A stretch of 46,708 nucleotides of DNA. Source: an uncultured Spirochaetaceae bacterium. GTDB taxonomy: Bacteria; Spirochaetota; Spirochaetia; DSM-27196; PWMO01. The stretch is from NCBI GenBank assembly GCA_964635245.1, contig CAZWNS010000003.1:29457-76164 (forward strand). The letters are read 5' to 3'. This document shows positions 36,356-45,761 of this stretch, piece by piece. The notes beneath the pieces were generated by a model, which searched no databases, was not told the origin of the DNA, and was given only the letters and a program-made list of their open reading frames with translations. Positions within the stretch are counted from its first letter, which is position 1. Every line of letters starts with the position of its first letter. Both the position numbers and the translations under genes were made by a program.

Positions 36356-37606
36356 ATGGCCTCCCGGACGCACTACGTGCTACTGGTCTCCATCATCGCC
36401 GTCACGCTGGCCGGCTGCGCCCACATGTCCCCGGAGCCCTCAGGCCCGGAGCCGGAAGATGATGGGGGCGCCGTTGCGGCCGAGCCGCCCGAGGAAGAGC
36501 CGGCGGCCGCCGAAGACCCGCAAGACGCCGAGCCCCCGGCGGAGAGCACGCCGGAGCCCGCCGATTTGGTGGCTGCGGCGCTGGACGTGTCCCCGGCCGG
36601 CACCCATCCCATTCGAATGAACACCGACTATCTTGCCGTCACCGTCGATTTCGACGCCAACGGGCGCACGGATGTCGCTCTCCTCACGGTCGGCGCCGAC
36701 GCCGGAGAGACACCGCCCGACTTCGCGGAGCTGTCCGCACGCGGACGTCTCTCGGGCGAGAGTGCCGCCGTGTCGGAGTTCTTCTTCGAGATCTACCTCA
36801 ACCGGCCGGATGGTCTCGTTCTCTTCGAGACGCGCCGGATCGGCCGCTTTCCCGTCCTCGAGGGCATGTCCGCCGTAGAGCTCAACACGGAAGGAGAGCT
36901 GCCGCGAGCGGTGTCGGTCCACTTCCAGGATGAGATCGGTCGTAAAGAGGTATGGCTCGTGGCCGGCCGCGACGGATTCTCGGATTTCGTTCTCGAGCGA
37001 ACTCCGGTCATCAAGTCCTCCGCGGTGGATATCGACGAAGACGGCATCATCGACGTGCTCAAAGCACAGACCGCCTTCGAGGAGGGGCGCGGGTACGAGA
37101 CGTTTCTCACCTGGTACCGCTGGAACGGCCGGAGCTACGCGCCGCATGCCACCGCGAATATCGTGCGGAACCTCAACAACTTTCTTCGCACCCTCGAAGG
37201 CCACCTCGTCTCAGGCCGATACGCCCGCTTTCTGCGAAGTGCGGCACCCGAGGCGGAAACGACTTCCGCCGGCGCCTCGGAGGCGACCCTCTACCGAAGC
37301 ATTGCCGAGCTCTTCGCGCCCGATGTGGAGGCCCTGGAGCCGCCCGAGATCGCCGGCGGCGGTGGAATCGACGAGGCGGAGTCCCCGGCACCCCTCGACG
37401 AGATCCTCGCGGAGTACGAGATCGCCGGAGTTGCCTTCCCGGACTTTCTCGAGAATCCGTTCCCGTCCCCCGGAGAGCGCACCACGACCCTTGCCCCGCT
37501 GCGAATCGATGTCCGGGACGGCGGCACGTTCTTCTATCGCACTCTGATCGTCATGAACAGCAATCCCTTCGAGGAGCGGCAGTTCCGCCTCAGCTCACCG
37601 CCGTAG
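36356..37606 (+). CDS. hypothetical lipoprotein with DxDxDG-type Ca-binding motifs
   Basis: Lipobox LAGC; Pro/Glu-rich tether; VDFDANGRTD and VDIDEDGIID motifs. Confidence 0.78.
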   Translation: MASRTHYVLLVSIIAVTLAGCAHMSPEPSGPEPEDDGGAVAAEPPEEEPAAAEDPQDAEPPAESTPEPADLVAAALDVSPAGTHPIRMNTDYLAVTVDFDANGRTDVALLTVGADAGETPPDFAELSARGRLSGESAAVSEFFFEIYLNRPDGLVLFETRRIGRFPVLEGMSAVELNTEGELPRAVSVHFQDEIGRKEVWLVAGRDGFSDFVLERTPVIKSSAVDIDEDGIIDVLKAQTAFEEGRGYETFLTWYRWNGRSYAPHATANIVRNLNNFLRTLEGHLVSGRYARFLRSAAPEAETTSAGASEATLYRSIAELFAPDVEALEPPEIAGGGGIDEAESPAPLDEILAEYEIAGVAFPDFLENPFPSPGERTTTLAPLRIDVRDGGTFFYRTLIVMNSNPFEERQFRLSSPP

Positions 37607-37666
37607 CCCGGTGGTTGCCGCGGCCGCTGTGTTGACAGCGCCGTCGCTTTTCGACAAGGTTGGCCC

Positions 37667-38959
37667 ATGTTCAAATACGTAGTGGAGGGCGGCCATCCCA
37701 TCCGCGGAACCGTTCGCGCGAGCGGCAACAAGAACGCCGCGCTGCCCTGCATCGCCGCTACTCTTCTCACCGACGAGCCGGTCGTGTTGAGCAACGTGCC
37801 CGACATCGAAGATGTGCAGGTCATGCTGCGGATTCTCGGTCGCCTCGGATCTACCGTCGAACGGCGAAAACACGGCGAGTTTCTCATTACGACGAGCAAT
37901 ATCATCACCAGCGCTGTTCCGGTGGAAGAAGCGAAACGGGTGCGAGCCTCCATCCTGCTCGCGGGCCCGATGCTCGCCCGCACGGGGAAGGTGCTCCTTC
38001 CTCCGCCGGGCGGCGACGTCATCGGGCGGCGGAGACTCGATACCCATTTCATCGCCCTTTCCGCACTCGGCGCCCGCGTGGAGTTGGACGGACTGTTCAC
38101 GCTTTCCTCGAACAAGCTTATCGGGACCGAGATCTTCCTCGACGAGGCGTCGGTGACTGCGACGGAGAACGCGATCATGGCCGCCGTGCTCGCCGACGGA
38201 GAGACCGTCATCGAGAACGCCGCCTCGGAGCCTCACATTCAGGACCTCTGCAACATGCTCAATGCGATGGGGGCGAAGATTCGCGGCATCGGCTCGAATA
38301 TCCTTCGTATCGAAGGCGTCACCAGACTCCACGGCACCGAGTTCACCATCGGGGCGGACTACATGGAGGTGGGTTCCTTCATCGGCCTCGCAGCGGTAAC
38401 CCGCGGCGAAGTGGTCGTGGAAGATGCCGCCCCCGAACATCTCAAGATGACGCGCATCGGCTTCGGTAAGCTCGGCATACACTGGGAACGCGACGGCTCG
38501 AGCATCCGGGTGCCGGGCGGCCAGGCGCTGCGGGTTGTGCCGGATATGGGCGGAATGATTCCGAAAATCGACGACGCTCCATGGCCCGGCTTCCCGCCCG
38601 ATCTGGTCAGCATCACCCTGGTGGTCGCGACGCAGGTCGAGGGAACCATCCTCATCCATGAGAAGATGTTCGAATCCCGGATGTTCTTCGTCGACAAGCT
38701 CATCGGCATGGGCGCTCGCATCGTGCTCTGCGACCCGCATCGGGCCGTGGTCAGCGGCCCCGCCCGTTTGTCGGGATCGAACCTGACGTCTCCCGACGTG
38801 CGTGCCGGTATGGCCATGGTCCTGGCAGCGCTCTGCGCGGAGGGGCAGAGTACCATCCAGAACGTGTACCAGATAGAGCGCGGCTACGAGCACCTCGTCG
38901 AGCGTCTGCAGCAGCTCGGTGCGCGGATCGACCGCGCGCCGCTTTCCGATCCCGACTGA
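37667..38959 (+). CDS. murA: UDP-N-acetylglucosamine 1-carboxyvinyltransferase (Asp-type active site)
   Basis: [65 protein letters not shown]. Asp replaces the canonical Cys (PGGC), a variant known to be fosfomycin-insensitive. Confidence 0.95.
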   Translation: MFKYVVEGGHPIRGTVRASGNKNAALPCIAATLLTDEPVVLSNVPDIEDVQVMLRILGRLGSTVERRKHGEFLITTSNIITSAVPVEEAKRVRASILLAGPMLARTGKVLLPPPGGDVIGRRRLDTHFIALSALGARVELDGLFTLSSNKLIGTEIFLDEASVTATENAIMAAVLADGETVIENAASEPHIQDLCNMLNAMGAKIRGIGSNILRIEGVTRLHGTEFTIGADYMEVGSFIGLAAVTRGEVVVEDAAPEHLKMTRIGFGKLGIHWERDGSSIRVPGGQALRVVPDMGGMIPKIDDAPWPGFPPDLVSITLVVATQVEGTILIHEKMFESRMFFVDKLIGMGARIVLCDPHRAVVSGPARLSGSNLTSPDVRAGMAMVLAALCAEGQSTIQNVYQIERGYEHLVERLQQLGARIDRAPLSDPD

Positions 38960-38989
38960 GGCGCCGCGTCGGGTACCGCGCCGATTCGG

Positions 38990-39829
38990 CTACGGCTCCT
39001 CCCCGAGCTCCCCCATCAGCTGCTCGTAGGCCTCGCGGATGCGGAGAAAGGCCTCCTCCGCCTGTTCGCGCTGATGCGCCTCCAGCACCCTCGTGCCGTC
39101 GGGATGGAACTCCGCTGCAAGCCGACGGTAGGCAGCTCGCACCTGTGCACGGTCGGCATCCTGCGGTACGCCGAGCAACATGCAGGCGCGCTCGTCGAGC
39201 TCACCCTCGTGCCGCGCGGCGTCGGCTACGAGCCGCGCGTCGGCGCCGAGACATCGCGCAATGTCGTCGGCGATCCGCCGGGCGCAGGGGCCGACATCCC
39301 GCGCGACCCGTCCGGCGAGCCAGGCCACCTCCGCCCGTTCGTTATGGGTCAGCCGCCCGGCGAGAAGCCGGAGAAACGGCTCCGCGTTGTCGGCGTCTGC
39401 ATCGGCGCGGGCCCTCACCTCCTCCCCCGCGATGTCGATGAGGCGACGTCGGCGGGCACTGGTCGCGTAACGGTCGTACAGATAGTCCCGGACGACGGAT
39501 ATGGCCGCATCCGTGCCGTGTCCCCGGCCACAGCGTGCCGCCCCGGTCAGCAGCACGAGGATGCCCAGGGCGGGGGCTACCGGCTCCAGCTCGGGCGAAA
39601 CGGCGGCGGTACGAACAAAGCGCCGCGTAAGGCGTCGCATCAGATGAGTCCACAGGAGCTCGTCCACGAGGTGACCGACGACGACTCCGAACACCATCCC
39701 GAACACCCCGGCGCTCAGCCCGATGCCGCCTCCGATGATCTTCCCCCACGGGAGATTCAGCCAGGGAATGTGCTCGATATCGAAGCGCGACGGTGACATG
39801 CCGCGCCCCGTGAACGGGGGAAGCTTCAT
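38990..39829 (-). CDS. DjlA-like co-chaperone (N-terminal TM, C-terminal J domain)
   Basis: WGKIIGGGIG..GHLVD N-terminus; VRAAYRRLAAEFHPD...F..IREAYE J domain. Confidence 0.82.
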   Translation of the reverse strand: MKLPPFTGRGMSPSRFDIEHIPWLNLPWGKIIGGGIGLSAGVFGMVFGVVVGHLVDELLWTHLMRRLTRRFVRTAAVSPELEPVAPALGILVLLTGAARCGRGHGTDAAISVVRDYLYDRYATSARRRRLIDIAGEEVRARADADADNAEPFLRLLAGRLTHNERAEVAWLAGRVARDVGPCARRIADDIARCLGADARLVADAARHEGELDERACMLLGVPQDADRAQVRAAYRRLAAEFHPDGTRVLEAHQREQAEEAFLRIREAYEQLMGELGEEP

Positions 39830-41532
39830 GACGATGACTGCCCGGCAAGCAGGGCCAGAGATACGAGCAGGAGCAGCGCCTGTATAAGCACCGTCGCGAT
39901 GATAAGCGGTGTAAGACCGCCGAGGGGGACGACGGCACCGAGAAACACGCGATGGAGATAGTGGTAGAGGGTGGTTACGATAGACAGAACAAACGGAATC
40001 GCGGGAAGCACCACCCATACGAGGATCGGCGGCCGGGCGATGTAGCGGGTGCGCCACGCCCAGGCGGCGGCGACGGCAAAGAATGAGAGGATGACGAAGC
40101 TGAAGGGCCTGACCAGACGCATGGCGAGCGCGAGTCGCACACCGGCGACACTGTAGCCGAGCTCCGGGAAGAAATCCTCCATCATCATCAGCTCGGCCAC
40201 GCTCACCCCGGAGAAGCGCGGCCCGGTATGGCGCAAGGCATGAAGCTCACGGGCGCTCCGCCTCACCTCGAGGTAGGGCGGCTCGTCGCCGTCGGACGCC
40301 CGCACGCTGTAGCTGGGCCGATGGACGACACGGCCGGAGCCGCGCTCCACCGCCTGCAGCACGAGGCGTCCGTCCCGCAGCTTCGCATACGGAGCCTGCA
40401 CCTGCCGACGAATCTCGCCGTCCTCCTCGACATCCATCACTTCCACGTCGCGGGCGTAGGTTCCCTCCCTGCCGCCGGCAAGAGTCCCGATCGAGACGAA
40501 GCGGAGATCGCCTGCGACATCCCCGCCGGAGACGGTGAACAGAATATCATTCGAACCGGGAAGGCGCATGTTCCGTTCGATTTCATCGGTGAAGAACGCA
40601 ATCTCGCGCAATCGGTCTTCGACCTCCGACAGGTAGCGCTGCACGTCCCGGTCGCGAGGAATCTCCTCCTCGAGCTCGGAGAAGATCCGGTGGGCAGTGA
40701 AAACCTCACCGTTGTCCATCGCTTGATACGCATCACGCTTTCGCATGTAGAGGGCCCGCTCGCGCTCGTCCAGATTCGAGAGCTCGGGGGAGGTCATGCG
40801 CCGGTTTGCCTCGCGCACAATGTCCTGAGCCTCCGGGCGCCCGGGGTCCAGCTCCAGCGCCAGCTGCGCCCAGTAGTGGGCGGAGATGAAGTCGTCTTCC
40901 GCCAGCGCCTCCCTCGCTCGCACGACCAGCTCGGCTTCATTTTGGTTGAGAACCTGCTGTGCCGCGGCGGACGTCTCGGGGGCGCGCTGTTCCTCCGCGG
41001 CAGTCTCGGCACGCTTCTTCCGGGCTTCCGCGAGCTGGTTTTCGACCTCCGCGTCCGAGGGGACGATGGCCAGATACGCCTCATACTCGGTGACCGCCTG
41101 CGCCCAGGCTTCACGCTCATACGCCTCGTCGCCGTGGTTGAGGAAGCTCTCCGCCAGCCGGCTCCGGTGCTCGGCGTCGGCTCGGATACCGGCGAGCATC
41201 GGCGCCGCCAGTCCGGCGGCTGCCGTGTAGAGGACGGCCGTCACGATCACGACGACAAGCACGGGTCGGACCAGCGCAAAGAAGGAGAGGCTCGTCCGCG
41301 AGCGGGCGGTACGCACCAGAAGCGAGAATGCAAGGATGACGGCCGTCAGCTGTATCGGAATGAGTCGGTCGATGAACAGATACAGTCCGTTGGAAACGGT
41401 CCACCTGCGCTGGAAGACCCTTAACACTTCACCGGTCGGGAAATCGTGCAGCGAATACGCCAGGAGCGCACCCAGTGCGAGGAGATACACCACGAGCGTG
41501 GTGAGAATGAGGATGCGCGCGCTCCTATGCAC
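39826..41532 (-). CDS. LptG/LptF-like membrane protein with TPR insertion
   Basis: 3 TM + TPR-like helices + beta-rich segment + 3 TM; RLVRPFSFVILSFFAV resembles the LptF/G TM4 motif (inference). Confidence 0.6.
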   Translation of the reverse strand: MHRSARILILTTLVVYLLALGALLAYSLHDFPTGEVLRVFQRRWTVSNGLYLFIDRLIPIQLTAVILAFSLLVRTARSRTSLSFFALVRPVLVVVIVTAVLYTAAAGLAAPMLAGIRADAEHRSRLAESFLNHGDEAYEREAWAQAVTEYEAYLAIVPSDAEVENQLAEARKKRAETAAEEQRAPETSAAAQQVLNQNEAELVVRAREALAEDDFISAHYWAQLALELDPGRPEAQDIVREANRRMTSPELSNLDERERALYMRKRDAYQAMDNGEVFTAHRIFSELEEEIPRDRDVQRYLSEVEDRLREIAFFTDEIERNMRLPGSNDILFTVSGGDVAGDLRFVSIGTLAGGREGTYARDVEVMDVEEDGEIRRQVQAPYAKLRDGRLVLQAVERGSGRVVHRPSYSVRASDGDEPPYLEVRRSARELHALRHTGPRFSGVSVAELMMMEDFFPELGYSVAGVRLALAMRLVRPFSFVILSFFAVAAAWAWRTRYIARPPILVWVVLPAIPFVLSIVTTLYHYLHRVFLGAVVPLGGLTPLIIATVLIQALLLLVSLALLAGQSSS

Positions 41533-42496
41533 TGCCGACCTCTCTGTTCCACTGCGTGAAGGAGGGCATCAGAATCAGGACCAGCAGCAGGATGAGCGCA
41601 ACCGCCGCGAAGCCGCCGGGGAGGAGATAATCGAGATAGGCCGCCGGAACGACGGCGGCTGCGAACTCCCGCACGCCCTCGCGCTCCACGAGCGAAAAGG
41701 CCGCAAACGTCAACCGCACCATGCCGAGGACGAGAATGATGTTGAGCAACGGCCAGCGCGTCGATCGCACGATGGTCCACAGGCTCGTCATGAGAAGCGC
41801 GAGCGCCCAGGCAAGAAACAGGAAATCGCGGCTCATGGGACTGTAGCGGCCCTCGAAGGCAGTCGCGGCATTCGACACATCGGCGAGCGTGCCGGACACC
41901 TCGGGAGGCGGTTCAAACGCCTGCCGGTAGGCGTTGCCCACCTCGTTCGCGGGAATACGAAGCCCGAGGCCGCGCAGATCCAACTCGGCCGTAGACGGGT
42001 CCAGTACGACCTCATCCTCCACACCGAGCCTGGGGACCCGCCCCGCGTCATGGTAAACGACCGAGGTCAACGTGTATCCGGAGCGATCGAACGCGTAGAA
42101 ATCCAGCGTATCGCTGCGATAGAGCACCCCTGCCTCGAACTTCATGCCGGGGCGCTTCTCGGGGGCGGAGACAACATCGTCAAGACGACGGACTCCGGCA
42201 GCCCCGAAGGTAATGCTCAGGCCGGTCACCACGAGCACGGCAATCAGGCCCGCGTGCCGCAGATGCGGCAACCGTAACAGGCTGAAGAGGCTCACCAGTG
42301 CTGCGACGAAGACGGCGGGAAGGAAGCTCGGACGTATCGCCTGCACCAGCCAGTATGCCAATACGCGACCGGCGGGGGTCTCGGAGGGAGTATGATACGT
42401 CACCCAACGTATGGCCACGATGCCGGCGACAAGGAGAACCAGGACTGTCGCGAACGACAACATGAACCGCACAACGAGGCGTACGATTTCCTTCAC
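41525..42496 (-). CDS. LptF/LptG-like membrane protein
   Basis: 3 TM + soluble domain + 3 TM; overlaps the next gene; GTG 42496 chosen because TTGCAA-N17-TACGAT lies just upstream. Confidence 0.55.
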   Translation of the reverse strand: MKEIVRLVVRFMLSFATVLVLLVAGIVAIRWVTYHTPSETPAGRVLAYWLVQAIRPSFLPAVFVAALVSLFSLLRLPHLRHAGLIAVLVVTGLSITFGAAGVRRLDDVVSAPEKRPGMKFEAGVLYRSDTLDFYAFDRSGYTLTSVVYHDAGRVPRLGVEDEVVLDPSTAELDLRGLGLRIPANEVGNAYRQAFEPPPEVSGTLADVSNAATAFEGRYSPMSRDFLFLAWALALLMTSLWTIVRSTRWPLLNIILVLGMVRLTFAAFSLVEREGVREFAAAVVPAAYLDYLLPGGFAAVALILLLVLILMPSFTQWNREVGSA

Positions 42497-42593
42497 TTCG
42501 GCGAATCGTAGCACGGCCCCTTTCTCATTGCAACCGAAACACGCGGCCGAGACGCGAGGCGAACCACATCACCCATGGCCCGGAAGGACCGAA

Positions 42594-42838
42594 TCGCGCA
42601 CAATTTATCCACAATCACTTGGGGCCGATGTGTCTGAATTTTCAGACAGCGCGAGCCGCCCCCGGCACTCACGGATTTCTCAAATTTCGCTAACATTCAC
42701 ATATCTGTATACGGTATATACAGTTATGTGACAAATCGGTATGGAAGGCTCGAATCGCATGCGGCTGCACGGGTCCACAGCCCCGAGCCCCACCGCACTC
42801 AATCCGGGAAGTGCGAATATTTCCACAATTTATCCACA
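42594..42838. other. DnaA-box cluster (oriC/DARS/datA-like)
   Basis: TTATCCACA at 42605-42613 and 42830-42838; near-consensus ATTTCCACA 42819-42827, TTTGTCACA (minus) 42727-42735 and ACATTCACA 42693-42701; AT-enriched non-coding gap. Confidence 0.65.
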
Positions 42839-42851
42839 AGCACCTATTCTC

Positions 42852-43493
42852 TTATGTTTCAAGAGAATAGCCATGACCGTACACGGCGCGGAGAGGGTCG
42901 GCCGCTCCGCCGGCGGGAAGGACCTCGCGAAGTCGCAGGCGCAGCCGCGAGACGTAGACGTCTACGAGCCGTGAGCTGCCCCCGTCGGTACCCCACAGGG
43001 CGTAGAACAGCGCCTCTCGGGACACCGGTTCCCCGGCGCGCCGGATGAGGAGCTCGAGTACGGTCCGCTCCGCCGCCGTGATCCCGGTGCGCCCCGCCGC
43101 GCTCACCAGGCGGTCGTGCTCGAGGCGAACCTCCATGCCGCCGACGGAGAAGGCAAGGGGCCGGGCGAATCTCTCGAGGCGGAACTCGAGCTCGTTCCCC
43201 TCCCAGGGCGTCTTCAGGAAGTCGGCGCAGCCGCGGAGCACGCAGCCGGGAAGGAGCTGCGCCGCGCCATAGGCGACGTAGGCCGGCGACGGGCGCGTCT
43301 CGAGGAGACACTCCCCGCACCGCTCCGCCGGCAGGAGCACGACATCGGCCTCCGGCGGGATGCGGCAGCTGAGACCGGTACTCAGGCTCCACGACAGGCG
43401 CTGAGCGATACGATTGCGAACGCGCTCGGTCACGAGGGGATCAGCCGGGATGAGATGCACGCGAAGCGGTCCGTTACTGCCGCTTCTGCTCAT
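42852..43493 (-). CDS. OmpR/PhoB-type winged-helix regulator with degenerate receiver domain
   Basis: ITAAERTVLELL...VSREAL..ALWG...VDVYVSRLR...AVYGHGY wHTH; GCADFLKTPW receiver remnant. Confidence 0.82.
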   Translation of the reverse strand: MSRSGSNGPLRVHLIPADPLVTERVRNRIAQRLSWSLSTGLSCRIPPEADVVLLPAERCGECLLETRPSPAYVAYGAAQLLPGCVLRGCADFLKTPWEGNELEFRLERFARPLAFSVGGMEVRLEHDRLVSAAGRTGITAAERTVLELLIRRAGEPVSREALFYALWGTDGGSSRLVDVYVSRLRLRLREVLPAGGAADPLRAVYGHGYSLET

Positions 43494-44232
43494 CCTCGCG
43501 CAACCGTCGTTTCAGCTCCTCGATGGACTCCTCGCCGGCATCCGACCCGGTCTTGTGCTCGATCTCGAGCCGCTTCTTGAAGTCGGAGAGCAGGGAGTCG
43601 CCGTCGGAGGCCGTTCCCTCGAGCTTTCGGAACCTGTCCTCGAGCTCGTCCTTGCTCGAGGTACCCTCGAGCTCCTCCATGGCCTCATTCTGAGCCTCGA
43701 GCTCGTCCATCTTTTCGGTCATCCGATCGAAGGCTTCGAAGGCCGACGTGTCGTTCATGCCGCCGATGGTTTCGCTCAGCTTCTTCTGGGTCTCCACCCG
43801 GCGGGCACGGGCTACAAGAAGATTCCGCTTTCGCTGAGCCTCCTCGAGCTTCTGCTGAAGCGCACGGAGTGCCACCTTCAGCTTCTCCACCGAGTCGTGC
43901 TGCTGCGCACGCTGCTTCTCGTACTCCTCGGCGTAGCGATCGAGCTCCTGCTTGCGAAGCAGGGCTTCCTTGGCAAGCTCGTCCTCACCCGCCCGTACCG
44001 CGGTTTCCGCCCTCCGCTCCCATTGCGCGGACTGCGCCCGCGTCTGATTGATCTGCCGCTCGAGCTTCTTCTCATCGGCAATTGCGGAAGCGACACTCTT
44101 CTTGGATTCGATGAGTTGCCGGTTCATGTCGTCGATGACCTGCTCGAGCATCTTTTCCGGGTTCTCCGCTCGATTGATCATCTCGTTGAGATTTGACTTG
44201 ATGAGCCGCCTGAAGCGGTCGAATATGCCCAC
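43474..44232 (-). CDS. pspA: phage shock protein A (PspA/IM30 family)
   Basis: MGIFDRFRRLIKSNLN..AENPEKML.Q.I.DM, GEDELAKEAL, AFEAFDRMTEK; AAGGAGG RBS. Confidence 0.92.
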   Translation of the reverse strand: MGIFDRFRRLIKSNLNEMINRAENPEKMLEQVIDDMNRQLIESKKSVASAIADEKKLERQINQTRAQSAQWERRAETAVRAGEDELAKEALLRKQELDRYAEEYEKQRAQQHDSVEKLKVALRALQQKLEEAQRKRNLLVARARRVETQKKLSETIGGMNDTSAFEAFDRMTEKMDELEAQNEAMEELEGTSSKDELEDRFRKLEGTASDGDSLLSDFKKRLEIEHKTGSDAGEESIEELKRRLREDEQKRQ

Positions 44233-44386
44233 GGAAGGCCTCCTTCGCGGCGAACGCGGTTACAATACACGGTTTCCCTGTTTCCCTGCGGACCGGGTTC
44301 CCTACCGGCTAGGAAAGCGCCGACGCGGCAGTTCGTCAAGACCGCAGAGGTACTATTCGATGTCGGAGAGTCCGGTACGATCGTCG

Positions 44387-44938
44387 TCAGCCGAGAAAGA
44401 CCTGACCGGAGTTGTCGATAGCGAGGATGGTCTTACACTCCGAGCACCGGAATCTTCCGGCTTTGGTCGCTTTCAGCTTCTTCGAGCAGATCGGGCACTT
44501 GAAGATCTTCGGAAAGACCTCGGACTCGGTAGACACCCCGCCCTTCTTGAAGAACTCTACCGCCTCATCGAGGTTGTCTTTGATATTGAAGAACTGCGAA
44601 AACCCGAGCAGCTGGAATACCTCGTAGACCTTCGGCTGTATCTCGAGGAGGACAAGGTCGCCGCCCCGGGGCTTGACCGCCTTGAGAAAAGCCGTAAAGG
44701 ACCCGATGCCCGTGCTCGATACGTAATTCAGCCCGCTACAGTGAAAGATCAGCTTCGTGTAACCGGCTTCGACGGCGCGATTGACGCGTTTCTGAAAGAA
44801 ATTCGAATTGTACGTGTCGATATACCCGGTGAGATACAGGACAAGGCAGCCGTCGACCGCCTCGATCTTCTGAAGCCTGATCTTGAGGCTTTCGTCCTTT
44901 TCCTCATCGAAACCAGGAACGATCTCGTTGTTGCTCAT
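44387..44938 (-). CDS. STAS anti-sigma-factor antagonist with C-terminal zinc ribbon
   Basis: GYIDTYNS, LNYVSSTGIG (phospho-Ser motif), VFQLLGF; C-terminal CPIC..GRFRCSEC. Confidence 0.9.
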   Translation of the reverse strand: MSNNEIVPGFDEEKDESLKIRLQKIEAVDGCLVLYLTGYIDTYNSNFFQKRVNRAVEAGYTKLIFHCSGLNYVSSTGIGSFTAFLKAVKPRGGDLVLLEIQPKVYEVFQLLGFSQFFNIKDNLDEAVEFFKKGGVSTESEVFPKIFKCPICSKKLKATKAGRFRCSECKTILAIDNSGQVFLG

Positions 44939-45038
44939 AGCTCCCCTTTTACAGAGACAGATGCAGGCCCGCGATTTTTAGATGAGCGCATCGCCCTTAT
45001 GGTATGTGTCAGCACGGCCTTTGTCAAACCTCGAACCG

Positions 45039-45761
45039 TCATCCCAGTCCACCATCGATCGGCACGATAGCGCCGGTCATGCTTTTGTTCCGCCGATTCA
45101 GCAGGACGCCCGCCGTCTCGGCTACCTCCGTCGGATCTATCATACGCCCGCCCGGAGCGGCCCTCACCGCGCGCGCGCGGTCCGCATCGTCGTAGTACTC
45201 GGTGTCGACGTATCCGGGACACAGCGCGTTGATGCAAATATCGTAGCTCCTCGTCTGCCGTGCGACCGATTTGACCACGGTGCCGAGGCCGGTCTTCGCC
45301 GCGGCGTATGCCGCGATGGTCTCGAAACCCCGAATCCGATCGGTTCGTGTACCGCCGAACAGCAGTATGCGGCCGAAGTTCCGCTCCTTCATGGCCGGCA
45401 GGCATCTGCCGACCGCGGCCGACGGCATAACGAGGTTGAGCTCCGCCATCCGCCGCCAGGCCTCGGTATCGGTCTCCACCACGGGCGCCCGGATCATCGG
45501 ACCGAAGGATACGACCAGAATGTCCACCGGCAGGAGTGCATCGATCTCCTCTATTATGTCTTCGGCACACTCGATCGTTCGGATTACTGCGTGTGCGCTC
45601 GCGCCACGGGAACGGATGTCGTCGAGCAGCCGGTCGACGCGCTCGTCGTACACGTGCCCGTGAACGACGATCTCCAGTCCCGGTTCCGCGAGCACCCGGG
45701 CGATCTCACGCCCGATTCCACCCGTCGCGCCGATCACCAGAGCACGAAGCGTTCCCATCAT
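45039..45761 (-). CDS. short-chain dehydrogenase/reductase
   Basis: GATGGIG, YAAAK, INALCPGYVDT, TGAIVPIDGG. Confidence 0.9.
   Translation of the reverse strand: MMGTLRALVIGATGGIGREIARVLAEPGLEIVVHGHVYDERVDRLLDDIRSRGASAHAVIRTIECAEDIIEEIDALLPVDILVVSFGPMIRAPVVETDTEAWRRMAELNLVMPSAAVGRCLPAMKERNFGRILLFGGTRTDRIRGFETIAAYAAAKTGLGTVVKSVARQTRSYDICINALCPGYVDTEYYDDADRARAVRAAPGGRMIDPTEVAETAGVLLNRRNKSMTGAIVPIDGGLG

Noticed and set aside
42705-42723. CTGT...ACAG as an E. coli-type LexA box
   Set aside because: The spacer is 11 nt rather than 8, and it is part of a larger palindrome.
42707-42736. TTATGTGACAAAT as the XerD arm of a dif site
   Set aside because: No XerC-like arm (ending in ATAA) at the required 6-bp spacing.
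42728-43048. Small plus-strand ORFs crossing the DnaA-box region
   Set aside because: No RBS or domain signal, atypical composition, and overlap with the wHTH gene on the opposite strand.
43474-44232. pspA as a phage or defence marker
   Set aside because: PspA/IM30 is a general membrane-stress protein; no phage or defence genes are nearby.
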